Origin: Klebsormidium nitens
Lineage: Eukaryota; Plantae; Klebsormidiophyceae
Assembly (NCBI GenBank): GCA_000708835.1
Contig: DF237655.1
Location: 1 to 41,931, forward strand
DNA length: 41,931 bases
Reading direction: 5' to 3'
The notes under the pieces were generated by a model. It searched no databases. It was given only the letters and a program-made list of their open reading frames with translations, and was not told the DNA's origin. Position numbers and translations under genes: made by a program. Below are positions 11,735 to 22,392 of this stretch, in pieces. Every line of letters starts with the position of its first letter. The stretch's first letter is position 1.

Positions 11735-12129
11735 GGGGGGATATATGATAACCGGGGAGATGCACACAGGTCCAACTTACAGTTGAGCAGTTGAAGCATC
11801 GAGAAAGACCACTCTTTTTATGTTTCACTCGGAAGGCACGGATCGCATTGTCACCCATAGACAACGCGGATTCAGTATTCTCATGCAAATGTGTGAAGCA
11901 CAGTTGACGCTCAACTGGGCTGTAGCACGGCTTTCACTCTCTGGCAAGGCCCTGCAATTGCGGTGTTGGAAAACATTGAAGATAAACGAGCATGAACCGC
12001 ATGAATTTGTGAAATTTGTATATATGATGGCTGGTCAGCTGCTAAAAGTTGACTCAGTGGGTCAAGTTCGACTCCGTCGGTTTGATCGGGCTTCGAGGCC
12101 GAGACGGTTTAAGCTTTCATTTCAGGCTG

Positions 12130-13330
12130 CATTCAACAATGACTGACCGGAACACCATGATTGCCGCAAATTTCCAACCAGCTCATCGAGCTCTGATGAC
12201 TCGATCACGCGTCGTCATGATCGCATGCATGTTCATTGATGGATATACGATATTGATATCATACGCGCTGAATGTTGCCGCCGCAGTGCCGGTCTATATG
12301 CCGGTCTATATGCAGGAAATCACTCACGTACCCTGACTGGTTCAATGCCGGCGCTTAATATATATTTGTACGTGCAGGAATTAGCTAGAGGATCTGCGAA
12401 TTCTATACAAATTGATCATGATGATCGCGATATTGCATGACCGTCTATATGTATATAAATATCATCTAGGAAATTGTTGCACAGGAGCTTCAAGCTTAAT
12501 TGATTATTAGACTTGTCCGACACTGAATATCAATTCGACCTAGCGCTAGCTTGCATGGTGAATTCTACGTTAATTTTGCAATAATATGCATCAATCGTTC
12601 AAATCACCACGTACATGTCGGCCCGAGGCCTACACGAAAAAGACTCAGCATATGCATGGTCGATCACATGTTAGATGCAAAAGGGATATATATAGATTAT
12701 GATTCAATGACCGCGCTAGTGCATATAGATTTAGATCATTTAACAGTGACGTCGGTCAGAGCCGTGGTCGGCTAAGTCGCGTCGACGACTGTATCTATTC
12801 AAGGCGTTCTGCACTAATCTTGCTCTTACTTCCTATAGCTAGCACCAGGCATCCGGCCCAATTACTGGTGACACAAACACGGTCTCCAGATCCTGGCGAT
12901 CGCCAGACGGGCGGTACTAAGTTGAGCCCCGGCAGGTGGTACTTGTCTTAGTACATACATGCAATCGAACCAATGGCAATCCTAATTTCAAACCTTCCGG
13001 GCTAACGAAAGGGGTGGCCCGCACCTCCTGGCGAATCTGTTTTTATCAATTGGCGGCTGTGACGGTCAAGTGAACGGTGGCAACTTGCAGCAATAATTGA
13101 CACATTCCATGTCAACATCATTGTTGCGAACTCACATGTATGCAGTGAAAGTCTTGTTTGCCAAGATCTTGTATGTACATCCACGATTAGTTGCTGCATG
13201 CGCAGGCTATCTTCGCTAGAGTACTCAAATCAGCAGGTCTATGTACCGGACTATGTACCTCTCGCTAGAGTCTACATGTATGCTCGGAAGTTCACCTGTG
13301 CAATGCCTCTGTCTTCGACGACTCATGTCG
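12130..13330. other. Palindrome / alternating R-Y-rich intergenic island 2 (between convergent genes; boundaries approximate)
   Basis: CATGCATG 12224-12231, TAGCTAGC 12836-12843, CTGGCGATCGCCAG 12893-12906, TATATGTATATA 12446-12457, and a 12-nt tandem duplication TGCCGGTCTATA x2 near 12288-12313. Confidence 0.7.
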
Positions 13331-13458
13331 ACCAATCTGTGTCAAAGCAGCCCGCGCGTGGCTTTCTAATCGAACACACTGTTTAGCGAAAGCATGGGAT
13401 CCGCTGGTGTCCTCAGCTGCTCGCGAAAAGGAGGGTGTTGACTCTGCCTGTCCGCCTG

Positions 13459-16273
13459 TCAGAACTCTTCTACTTCATCTACCCCGTAGTCCTCGTACTC
13501 CTTCCACAGCCGTTCGATGCCGTCCACGTGAGCCTGCACAGCCACAACAACGAACTCAGTCGGCACACGCAGTACGCCCAGGATTGAGTCGAACGCCCGA
13601 TCGGCAGAGCGGCCACAAACGGCTGCAAAACAGGCCGGCACAGCATGTGCCACGTGCGTAATCTGCCCCCCTCCGTTCCTCAGGGCCGTTGCATCCTGCA
13701 ACCGGCACTCAAAGCGGTTGGTGACTGCCAAAGAAAGGGCTTTTCTTATCGCATAACAGCACGAGCCGATTGGCCGATGGCGAACCCAGGTAGTGAGGGC
13801 TGGCGCGCTGACCATGCCGACGACCGCCACGATGCAGCCCCGCAGCTGGCGGAGGCGGTTGAAGATGATCTCGTCGCGCTCGTGGACCATCACGCGCACC
13901 TGCACCCCAACGACAGCACGAGTGGGGCAGCCACGCAAGGCGAGCCTGCGACCGACTGACGTGCATCGGATGCGAGAGCACTAGCGTGGAATCGAAATGG
14001 ATTGTTGATATACGGAGGACAATGGCAGAAGATGAAGAGCATCAGTGTGTACCCGTCTACTGCAGAATGCTTCATTGGGGTTCTGCCTTCAATTCCCAAC
14101 CAGGCAAACGGCTCGAGCGTGTATGCGAGGTCTGAGGCAACAGCATCGAAAGCGTTTGAGTTGGCCACATATGACTTTTGGATCCACTGCTATTCAGCTA
14201 CTTCTTCGCTCCAACGAGGGAAAGAAGCGCTTTGACGAACAGCGCGGTACTCAGATGAGTCGGTGCAGTGGTGTGCTCACCACGTCCGGGAAGAGCTTCT
14301 CCATGAAGGCCGTGATCTGGCGCACCGCCTCGCGCGTCTTGAGCTGCTCCGTCGTCTCCTCGATGTTCTGCGGGGTGATCTGGCCCATGTCGCGCAGCAC
14401 GGGCGGGACCTCGTTGGGGTCGATGCGCCGCGTGAACAGTTTCACGATGTCCCACAGGCTCAGCACCTCCCGCAGGCGTGCCATCGTCTCCTGCACAGCC
14501 GCCACGCCAGCAGTCAGGGGGACATACGTTCATCTGGAAAGATTGGTCTACTATTGCAACATGCGAAGTAGTAAATGTTCAGTGTTGAATCACGATTGGC
14601 CAAAGAATGAGCGGCAGATATGACTTGGAGATACCGATCAGTCAGTTGCCCTGACGGTGCTTTGACGACCCACAATCAAATTGTGCCTTCATGACAACGC
14701 CTTTCAGAGCTCCTTCTGACCTGGGCGGGGCGGTCGAGCAGGACAATCTCCGCGTTCACCTTCTGGGCCTCCTCCATGGCCACCTGCAGCATGACGGAGC
14801 ACCCAAGTAAGTCAGCATCACCCTCGCCCACCTTATCCGATGAGCAGAACTTCACCTTCACCTACAGAGAAGGTTTTTGTTGGGCAGCAGAAGAGAGTTC
14901 CATGTGCGGCAAACACAACAGCGTATCTTTCTGAACTTGCGCATGCTGGGGAGTTCGAAGTCACCTTGAACTCGAGGCCTGGCTCCAGGCCGGTGTCACG
15001 CAGCATCTTGTACATACTGCGCATGGCTACCGTCAGCACCTGTACGCAAGACAGACATGCCCTCAGCCTAGAGTCGCCTCCCTCAAGGTGGACAAAAGCA
15101 AGTGGCTTTTTGAACAGCGACCGGGCTGGAGCCCTACCGTGATTGCAAGGATCCCCCATCCATAAAGGCTAAGTGTGACTGGGAGCAGTCTGTCATTGAA
15201 CAATCAAAGATGCAACGGCTCCTGGACAATGCACCTCGCCAGCGCGCAAGCGGCTCTTAAGAAAACAAGCTGGTTGACAGCGCTGGCGTGTGCCACCAAG
15301 CAGAGAACCACAGGACTGCTGGAGTTGCAGGCAGCAACCGTCTTCAGAAGTAGTTTGTGAAAAGTAACCAATGAGGCACCCAACCAATGCGCGCAGGCTC
15401 CTTTATCCAATCCCTCATGACTAGCACATCTATTTTTCCAGATGAACAGGAGTTGCTATTGAAATGCCCTCAGCGCATTGACTTATCGATGGAAAGGTGG
15501 TGTGAGCCCACTTGGGCGCCTCACTTTCTGGCCGATATCCCCTGGGGCGTGCATCAGCTCGCGCAGTGTGGCCAGCAGGCCGCGGCTGCCCTGGTCCTCG
15601 TACATCTTGCCCGACATCAGCTTCTCTGCGCGCTCCGCGTCTAGTTCGACGCCCACGTACTGCGGGCGCACCAAGTGAATCACCTGAGGCAAACCAGAAG
15701 GTGGATTAGCAAGGGCAGAAGGGGAAGGGTCCAGTCGAAAATTCAGGGCCTTTGGCGCTCGTAGTGCAAGTCCGTCCTTGCAGTGCTTGCTAGGCCACTG
15801 TCGGGGAAGCATTCATCAAAGTTCAGTCAGCCATTGTAACTTTGGTGGCCTGCATTGCCCCTGCCCTTGCCATGCACCCCCCTGTGAAACCTGACCTCTT
15901 TGACTTCCTCCGCTGAGGCCTTGGACACGTGGGCCGTGCCAATCAGGTACACCTCCGACCCCGTCCTGACGCTGCGCATGTACACGATGGTCTCGCGCTC
16001 CAGGAGGGGCGTCGTGGGCATGCTGTAGCGCCGCACCCAGGCGGCACCGCTTGCAGGGCCGACGGCCGCCTGCTGCCCGAGACCGAGCCGCTCAAGCAAG
16101 CTGGGCATGGGCAGAGCAGCTGCGGAGCCCCATGCACGAAGTGGCACCATGCCAGGTCCTTCGTGGATCCCAGCTGAGGCCTCGAGGGGCCCCACTAGGT
16201 GTGCCCTGCTCGAGGAGCGCCATGACTGGCGGCCGAGGGCCAGCCAGCCCGCAGGCCGCACAGCCCGCAGCAT
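13459..16273 (-). CDS. TraB/PrgY-domain protein (TRABD-like, probably organelle-targeted), 7 exons, 348 aa
   Basis: Exons (minus) 16273-15896, 15683-15525, 15039-14965, 14783-14721, 14490-14281, 13899-13813, 13533-13459; 1047 nt. TraB motifs VYLIGTAHVS, VGVELDAER, PGLEFKVAMEEA, VLLDRP, VHERDE, VAVVGMAHVDGI. Arg-rich N-terminal presequence. Confidence 0.92.
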
Positions 16274-16708
16274 GGTAGAGCCGTCAAGACACAGCTGTGG
16301 AATGCACGGATTGCGATATTATGAGTCAAGGAGCAGGATGGTGCAAAGCGTTGCTGATATCTACTGCCACAAAGAGAGGTTGCAATCAACAAGCCAGCGT
16401 CTCCAGACTGCCACCTCTCCCCAGTGCCGCAGCCACCGCGTGACCCAACTTGAAGTTGAATGCAGCTTGCCCCCATTCACCGCATTGGACAATTGTACCT
16501 ACCGGTGATCTGCTATGCACTTTGGAGCCTTTGATTGAGAGCTGTCTACGCCGTCGATGGGCGGGGTTCTCTCCAACTTGATAACATCGACGGGTGCAGA
16601 CAGTCGAGAGTTTGGGTCTGAAGCGCGAACTCTGGTACAACACTGCATCATCACAACGCAACCACGCCATTTTCAGATCCAAGTGGTTCGATACTGAGTT
16701 GGTCGATG

Positions 16709-16735
16709 GACCGTCAGATTCGAGATCTGACGGTC
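16709..16735. promoter_or_regulatory. Perfect 11-bp inverted repeat in the TraB/EPC1 divergent promoter
   Basis: GACCGTCAGAT-TCGAG-ATCTGACGGTC. Confidence 0.45.
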
Positions 16736-16993
16736 GAAAAGCTGGTTTCGGATCCGAGTCAAATTTGAAGTTTCGATCGGTGAAAGTTCGAATTTCAATA
16801 AGGACCGCCGCAACTCGAAACTCACGGTTAAACTCACTCTATGAATCTGGATACGCTGAAACTTCCACCGTGACGGATTTTGATTTCCACCTGTGAATTT
16901 GTTGAAAACCTAATACAATGTTCGACTGCTCGTAATAAGCCTATATACCAATTTTGAGCTCCAAATTATGTGCAGAAGTGCCTAAATTAAGGC

Positions 16994-17012
16994 AAACCCT
17001 AAAATCCTAAAA
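16994..17012 (+). promoter_or_regulatory. Telo-box-like / interstitial telomere motif AAACCCTAAAATCCTAAAA
   Basis: Contains the plant telo-box core AAACCCTA, about 460 bp upstream of the EPC1 ATG. Confidence 0.5.
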
Positions 17013-17473
17013 ATGGCCATTTTAGACTTCGCCGTGACTCGGAGGTCCAAAATTCGCCCGCCGCGCAGAATTCACCGTACGTAAAATTGTAGCGTGGTTG
17101 CGTTGTGATAGCGGCAAGCTGCATAGCGCCGGCGGCTAGCTCGCCTTCAACTTCAAGAAGTTGAAGAAGGACATGGGTGCAAGCCAAAAAGCTCTTCCAC
17201 CTTCCTCACAACCAACTCGTCAATGTGAGGATGATCTTGTTTGCTTCAAGATTCAGTGAAAGCTATTCATTTGGGGCAGCCTGAATTGCTCTTATGCACA
17301 GCCTGGTACAAAGTGGCGCCGATGATGACGGGCATCATTTGTGACAGCGTGGGCGGCCGTAAAAGGTTCTGCTCTATGCGTCGGCAAATTGAGCAATGCT
17401 CATAGCCCGGGGACAGGTGTGCAGATTGCTGCTTCTGTAACCAGGAGCCAGCGATCTATTAGGGTTCTGAGCC

Positions 17474-20400
17474 ATGTCCAATCGGACGTCCTTTCGGCCG
17501 CGGCCTTTGGACACTGGCCGGCAGCTGCCCTTGGTGCGCTCGCTCTCAGAGTTGGACAATGATGAAGCGCTGGTATCGCGCTCTGTCCACCACTCACACA
17601 TCACCCTGGATGCAGAAAACGAAGAGGTGAGTGTCACTCTGTGTAGCCCTTGGGGCTTGGCTTGATTTCCAGGGATGCGGCGTCACTCAAACTTTCCCCC
17701 AAATCAGTGCCCTCTCAAAGGCCGTTTTTATCATGATGTGTGCTTCTGCTCCAGCTTTGTGCCCTGGGCGTTCCACCATGGCGGATTAGATCGATCCCCA
17801 GTCTTGGTGCAGTTTCATGAGAAAGATTAAGTGGAGCCTTTACGTCAAAAGAGGCTATGGACCCCAACATTTGGAAGGTGGTAGCAGGTTTGATACGCCT
17901 CAGTCGCTGTCAACTGTGCTTCAGGTTTTGAAGACCAGCAACTCCAAGGGCGTCAGTGAGATCCCTGTCCCGGACGTGCTGACGGTGCCCTCATATGAAA
18001 CTGACTACACACCGACCTTCAAGCAGCCGCAGTCCTACATCAGGAGCAAGCCAGGTACTCGTCGCTCAGGACGTGGTGCTACTTTGTCCCTTTTTGAGGA
18101 TGCTTAGGTCCTTATGGCAGGTCAAGTGTAAGATATTGTGACTGTTTTATCCCCCTCTCCTGGTGACAGCGATGTGTCTCAGGCAGTCAGCTTGTGGATT
18201 GTCTTGCGAGTTAATAGCTTCCTGTTGCCCCTTGCCTCTGCAGCGCGATCAGAGACAGAGACATTCGTGGAATATGATCTGGATGATGAGGACGAGGACT
18301 GGCTGGGAGTGTTCAACCAGAGACGGAGACTGCTCGCTCCTGAAAAGTGAGTTCAGCAACACAGCTAGCACCTCCTCGCAGGCAGTGTCCTCAAATGTGC
18401 TGTTCTTCAAGTGCTGTACAGCAGATTTGTGCGCTGACTTACAATTGAGTAACGAGGGCGCAATGCTGTCGCAGGTTCGAAGCGATGTTGTATCGGTTGG
18501 AGATAGGTGCTGCAAAGTTCCAGGAGAAAGCTGGGGTTCAAGTAGGGGTACCCAATGCTCCGCTGCCGACCCAAGAGATGGCCCTTGAGGTATGTTGAAA
18601 CGCCTACTGTGTAAAAGTGCCTGGCATCTACTTCTTAGGTTGAGTCAATGAGAGTTGTAAAGATGTCCTGTTCCTGCAGCAGACCTCAACTCGTCGAACC
18701 TGCAAATAGTGACGACTTCTGTTGAGCATGGAATTTGTCAGGGCTCTGCAAGATTTCAGAAGCATCCTGATCTTCCTTGCTTTATGCGCAGACTTTGCGG
18801 CAGAGCGAGGGCGGCTCCCGGCCAGCCATCCTTTGTGCAGTCTACGAATACTGGAAGGACAAGGTCCGTGTTCATCTGCTTACCTGCTTGATTTATCCTC
18901 AGCAATCCCGTCAACGCACTTTCAGGATCTTACTCTGCACAGGCCAATCGATCATTAACTTGTACTGACTTGGCAATTGACCTCCTGGTTACGCTGCTGA
19001 CATCTGCCATCATTGTGCAGAGGGAGAGATGGAACAAGCCGATTTTGCGGCGCCTCCAGGTAGGCCCAGTTGGACTCACTATATCTCAGAACATGACCTA
19101 ATGAAGATTGACGGTGTGAGTCTGACTTTGTGGCTTCGCCAGAGCAGACTGGTTGCGCTGGTCGACTTTTCGCAGTTGTGCAGATCCTCACCCTTTTCAA
19201 ATTGCAAGAACCTGACATGCTTTGCAATATTTTTGGCAGCCCCCTCCCTCTGTCACGGATCAGAATCCCTTCAACGTCTTCCGGCCGAGGGAGAGGGTTC
19301 ACCGACCACATACCCGCAGGGTAAGCCAACCCCGACAACTTACGAATCTTATTTAGCAAGCATAGATCTCATAAGCTGCCTTCGAAGTGACTCTTCGCTC
19401 AAAGTACGCCTGGGCTAGGTCAGCAACGTACCTTCCACTGATGCCTTCAAAGGTCTTTCATTTTAGCCGAATGCGTCTCAAACAATACTGTTGGGTCCTG
19501 CCCGAAAACGTATCTCTGTTGTGTGCGCAGATGCAGCGGCATGAAAACGATCTACCCTCCTATGAAAAGATGCTCGAGGTAACCGATCTCCCTCTCCTCA
19601 ACTTATTGAGCCCGCAGGATTAGGACAAGGTTGTGTTGATATTTAGGCGTTGTGTTCGAGCCGTCCATCACATGAGGAGACAGTCATGGCTCGTTGTTTG
19701 CTGCCGTATAGCACCCTCATCTCGTTGCTCAACACTGCATCTTACTCTGCTTCCGGGTCCGTGCAGATGAAAAACAACCTCAAGGCGGCCAGGTCTCTTC
19801 TGACTGCTATTCAAAAGGTACAGCTCGCCCTTCTCTTTGCAAGTCCTTCAGACGTTGGCAGGCGCATTTCACTCGGTTGTCTGTACTGTGTACCTCTTTT
19901 TGCGTCGTTCCTCCAATCGGAGAGCTCACCTGAGTCACACTTTTGGCTACAGCGTGAGAAGAAGAAGCGGGAGTTGACGGAGTGCGAGATGCACGTCCAG
20001 CGACTCCAGATGCGGCAACGGGTGAGTATCACTAACGCCCTTTACGGAGGCGAGTTGTGAGAACTTCGGAAATTGCTGTTTCATCCCCACTTCTCCTCAA
20101 GAGATGAGTAGAGGCCGATGGTGAGACGGAACACGAGGCTGTGCTGCCGTTGCTGCCGGTCGCTGACGCCCGCGGTCCCGTCCTTCCCGCAGCATGACCC
20201 GGACGCGGACAACGAGGACCTGTCCCTGAGCGCCATGCTGCAGCCGCGGGTGCAGAAGATCCGCATCCGCAACTCCCACATCGACAACGCGATGCGCGCG
20301 GCGTACGACCACGACGGCGGCCACCTGCCGCCCGACGACCTCTGGCGCCCGCGGCTGCCGCTCGACCTGGACGGGCTGGCCGACGCAGACGGGCTGGCAG

Positions 20401-20942
20401 ACCCGGCCAGGGCCAAGAAGCGCAAGCGACGGAAGAGCCAGCATGGCAAGGGCAAGGGCGGTATCAGAAAGGTGGGGAAAACACGTGGACAGAGCAGAGG
20501 TGTATCCAGATTAACCTGTTGATCTGCTTCGACTCTATCAGTTGGCGCTCTTTGCTTCCCACATATCAGTATGGACGCGACTACCCGTACTTCCAGACCT
20601 CCGACCAGTGCGGATGTCGTCTGCTTGCAGATCGGGGCCCTGGCGCCGGTGGAGCCGCTGGAGCACCCGCTGCTGTTCGCTCAACCCTTGAACCTGACGC
20701 ACCTGCAAGCCGTGGGCATCAATCTGCCGGAGGCCGATGGATTGAACACACGCTTGAGGTGTCGGGCACGAATAGGCCGGGGGGGCCGCATTGTTTTCGA
20801 TCGCTTCTGCACGGTGGGCCGGCCACACCGCTCAGGTGCGACCTACTCGCAGCGCTTGGCACCTGAGAAGCAGCCCCTCTGGTCTGAGCGGGTGCATTCA
20901 CCAGATGAAAACCGACCAGTCAACAACCTGTACACTAGATGA
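17474..20942 (+). CDS. EPC1: Enhancer of polycomb-like protein (NuA4 subunit EPC1/EPL1), 12 exons, about 483 aa
   Basis: Exons 17474-17626, 17925-18054, 18244-18346, 18475-18589, 18792-18863, 19021-19059, 19240-19320, 19531-19578, 19767-19817, 19953-20021, 20193-20471, 20631-20942; 1452 nt. Motifs SFRPRPLD, EIPVP, FKQPQSYIR, VEYDLDDEDEDWL, YEYWKDKRERWNKPILRRLQPPP, NPFNVFRPRE, RARIGRGGRIVFDR. Confidence 0.94.
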
Positions 20943-21329
20943 GCGCCCTTTGTACAGCCAATTGTACACTATGTTGAATCTAAAACGACCGAAGACATTC
21001 GTGATATTGATCCCAGAGCCCACAGGCATAGTGCAGTCTAGCAATTTGTGCGGTCATACATTTACTTGCGAGCGCACTAGATTCCAATTATTTGGAGCCG
21101 TCTCTGCGGCAAGGGCCAAGCAACCGGGCGCTGGTACAAGTTGGCATTCCGACTGTCACTGCGTCCATATTTACTGAGTCCAGCGTCTCAACTGATGTTT
21201 GGACCCGTTTGTGATTCCTGACCGAAACTGTGTGTCAGACCGTCTGAGTAAGCTGGCCCGCGGCGCCACCATTCCCATTGGAGTGCACGCACCTGGCACG
21301 CCCGCTAATTCAGTGCCAGATCTGGCCTG

Positions 21330-21890
21330 GCGACCCACATCCGGCCTGTCGAATGTATATACTTCAAATGATCATAATGAAGTATACAGTTCAACGTCAA
21401 ATTGCCTAGAATCGGAATTCTTACAGATTTGTTATTTTATGATGATACAGGGCGACGGCCGCAATGCATCCTATGCATTTTACATGTGCTCGAGTATACC
21501 AAGCAGGTGGATCGGGCCTAGCTTAATTCCCGCACACGTATATGTACATAGACATGCACATGCATATATATAATCCGAGCTACGAACATCGATTGCATGT
21601 AGCAACGCACATACTGAGCTAGCTCTACCGCATGCCGCAGTGGCGGCGGGCCAGGGGCCCAGCCTAGATATATAGCTTTCGGCCGAGCGCAAGCCTCCAA
21701 CTTAATAGATGTCAGTGCTGCAATGCAGCTGGCCGCGCATGATAGTTATTAGATCTCGGACGGACAACTAGCGGGCCTGCTATTAGTATGCATCTCCGGG
21801 AATGCATACATGGACGCTTCTAGTCCTAGCTGATGACCTCCGACTCAGTGTCTCAAGCTATTGCACGCATCACTCCCACTAGCTACAATC
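21330..21890. other. Palindrome / alternating R-Y-rich intergenic island 3 (between convergent genes; boundaries approximate)
   Basis: 42-nt R/Y-alternating tract 21531-21572 with one break; cruciform-like TATACTTCA-A-ATGATCAT-AA-TGAAGTATA 21358-21386; GAGCTAGCTC 21616-21625. Confidence 0.72.
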
Positions 21891-22392
21891 AGGGCCTTCC
21901 CACACAACATAACTTACAGCGCTCATCACTGAGTCAATGCCCCGGGCAGAGTGACAAGGCAGTGACGCAGGAAAAATATTCAAAGACAGGCCGAACCTTG
22001 CAAAGAGCGTAACCTGGCAGAGCTGATCAAACAATCTAAAAATGTGAGAGCACAGCAATGTTACAATGGTCGTGATAATGGCTTCTTGATGCGTGGCTTC
22101 TCCTCTCAGCAACGATCTGCTCCTCAGCCTAAGGTGCTTAAACAATTGCTGCCATCGGCAAAAATAGTCATGTGCTCCTCCTTTATTGAACCTGGTTATT
22201 GCAGAAGAAATGAATGCTCAGCATGCGTCGACCTACTCTTGAAGAGGCCATCAGGGGACGTACCTGAACTGGTCCTGTGTAAATATTTGCCATTCCAATT
22301 TCTGTTGTGCATCTTCCAATGTGTTCCCCTGCCCCTGCCCCCTACTACCTGACAGACTGTCTATGGTGAAGCGCAAAGCAACGCCGTCAAGG

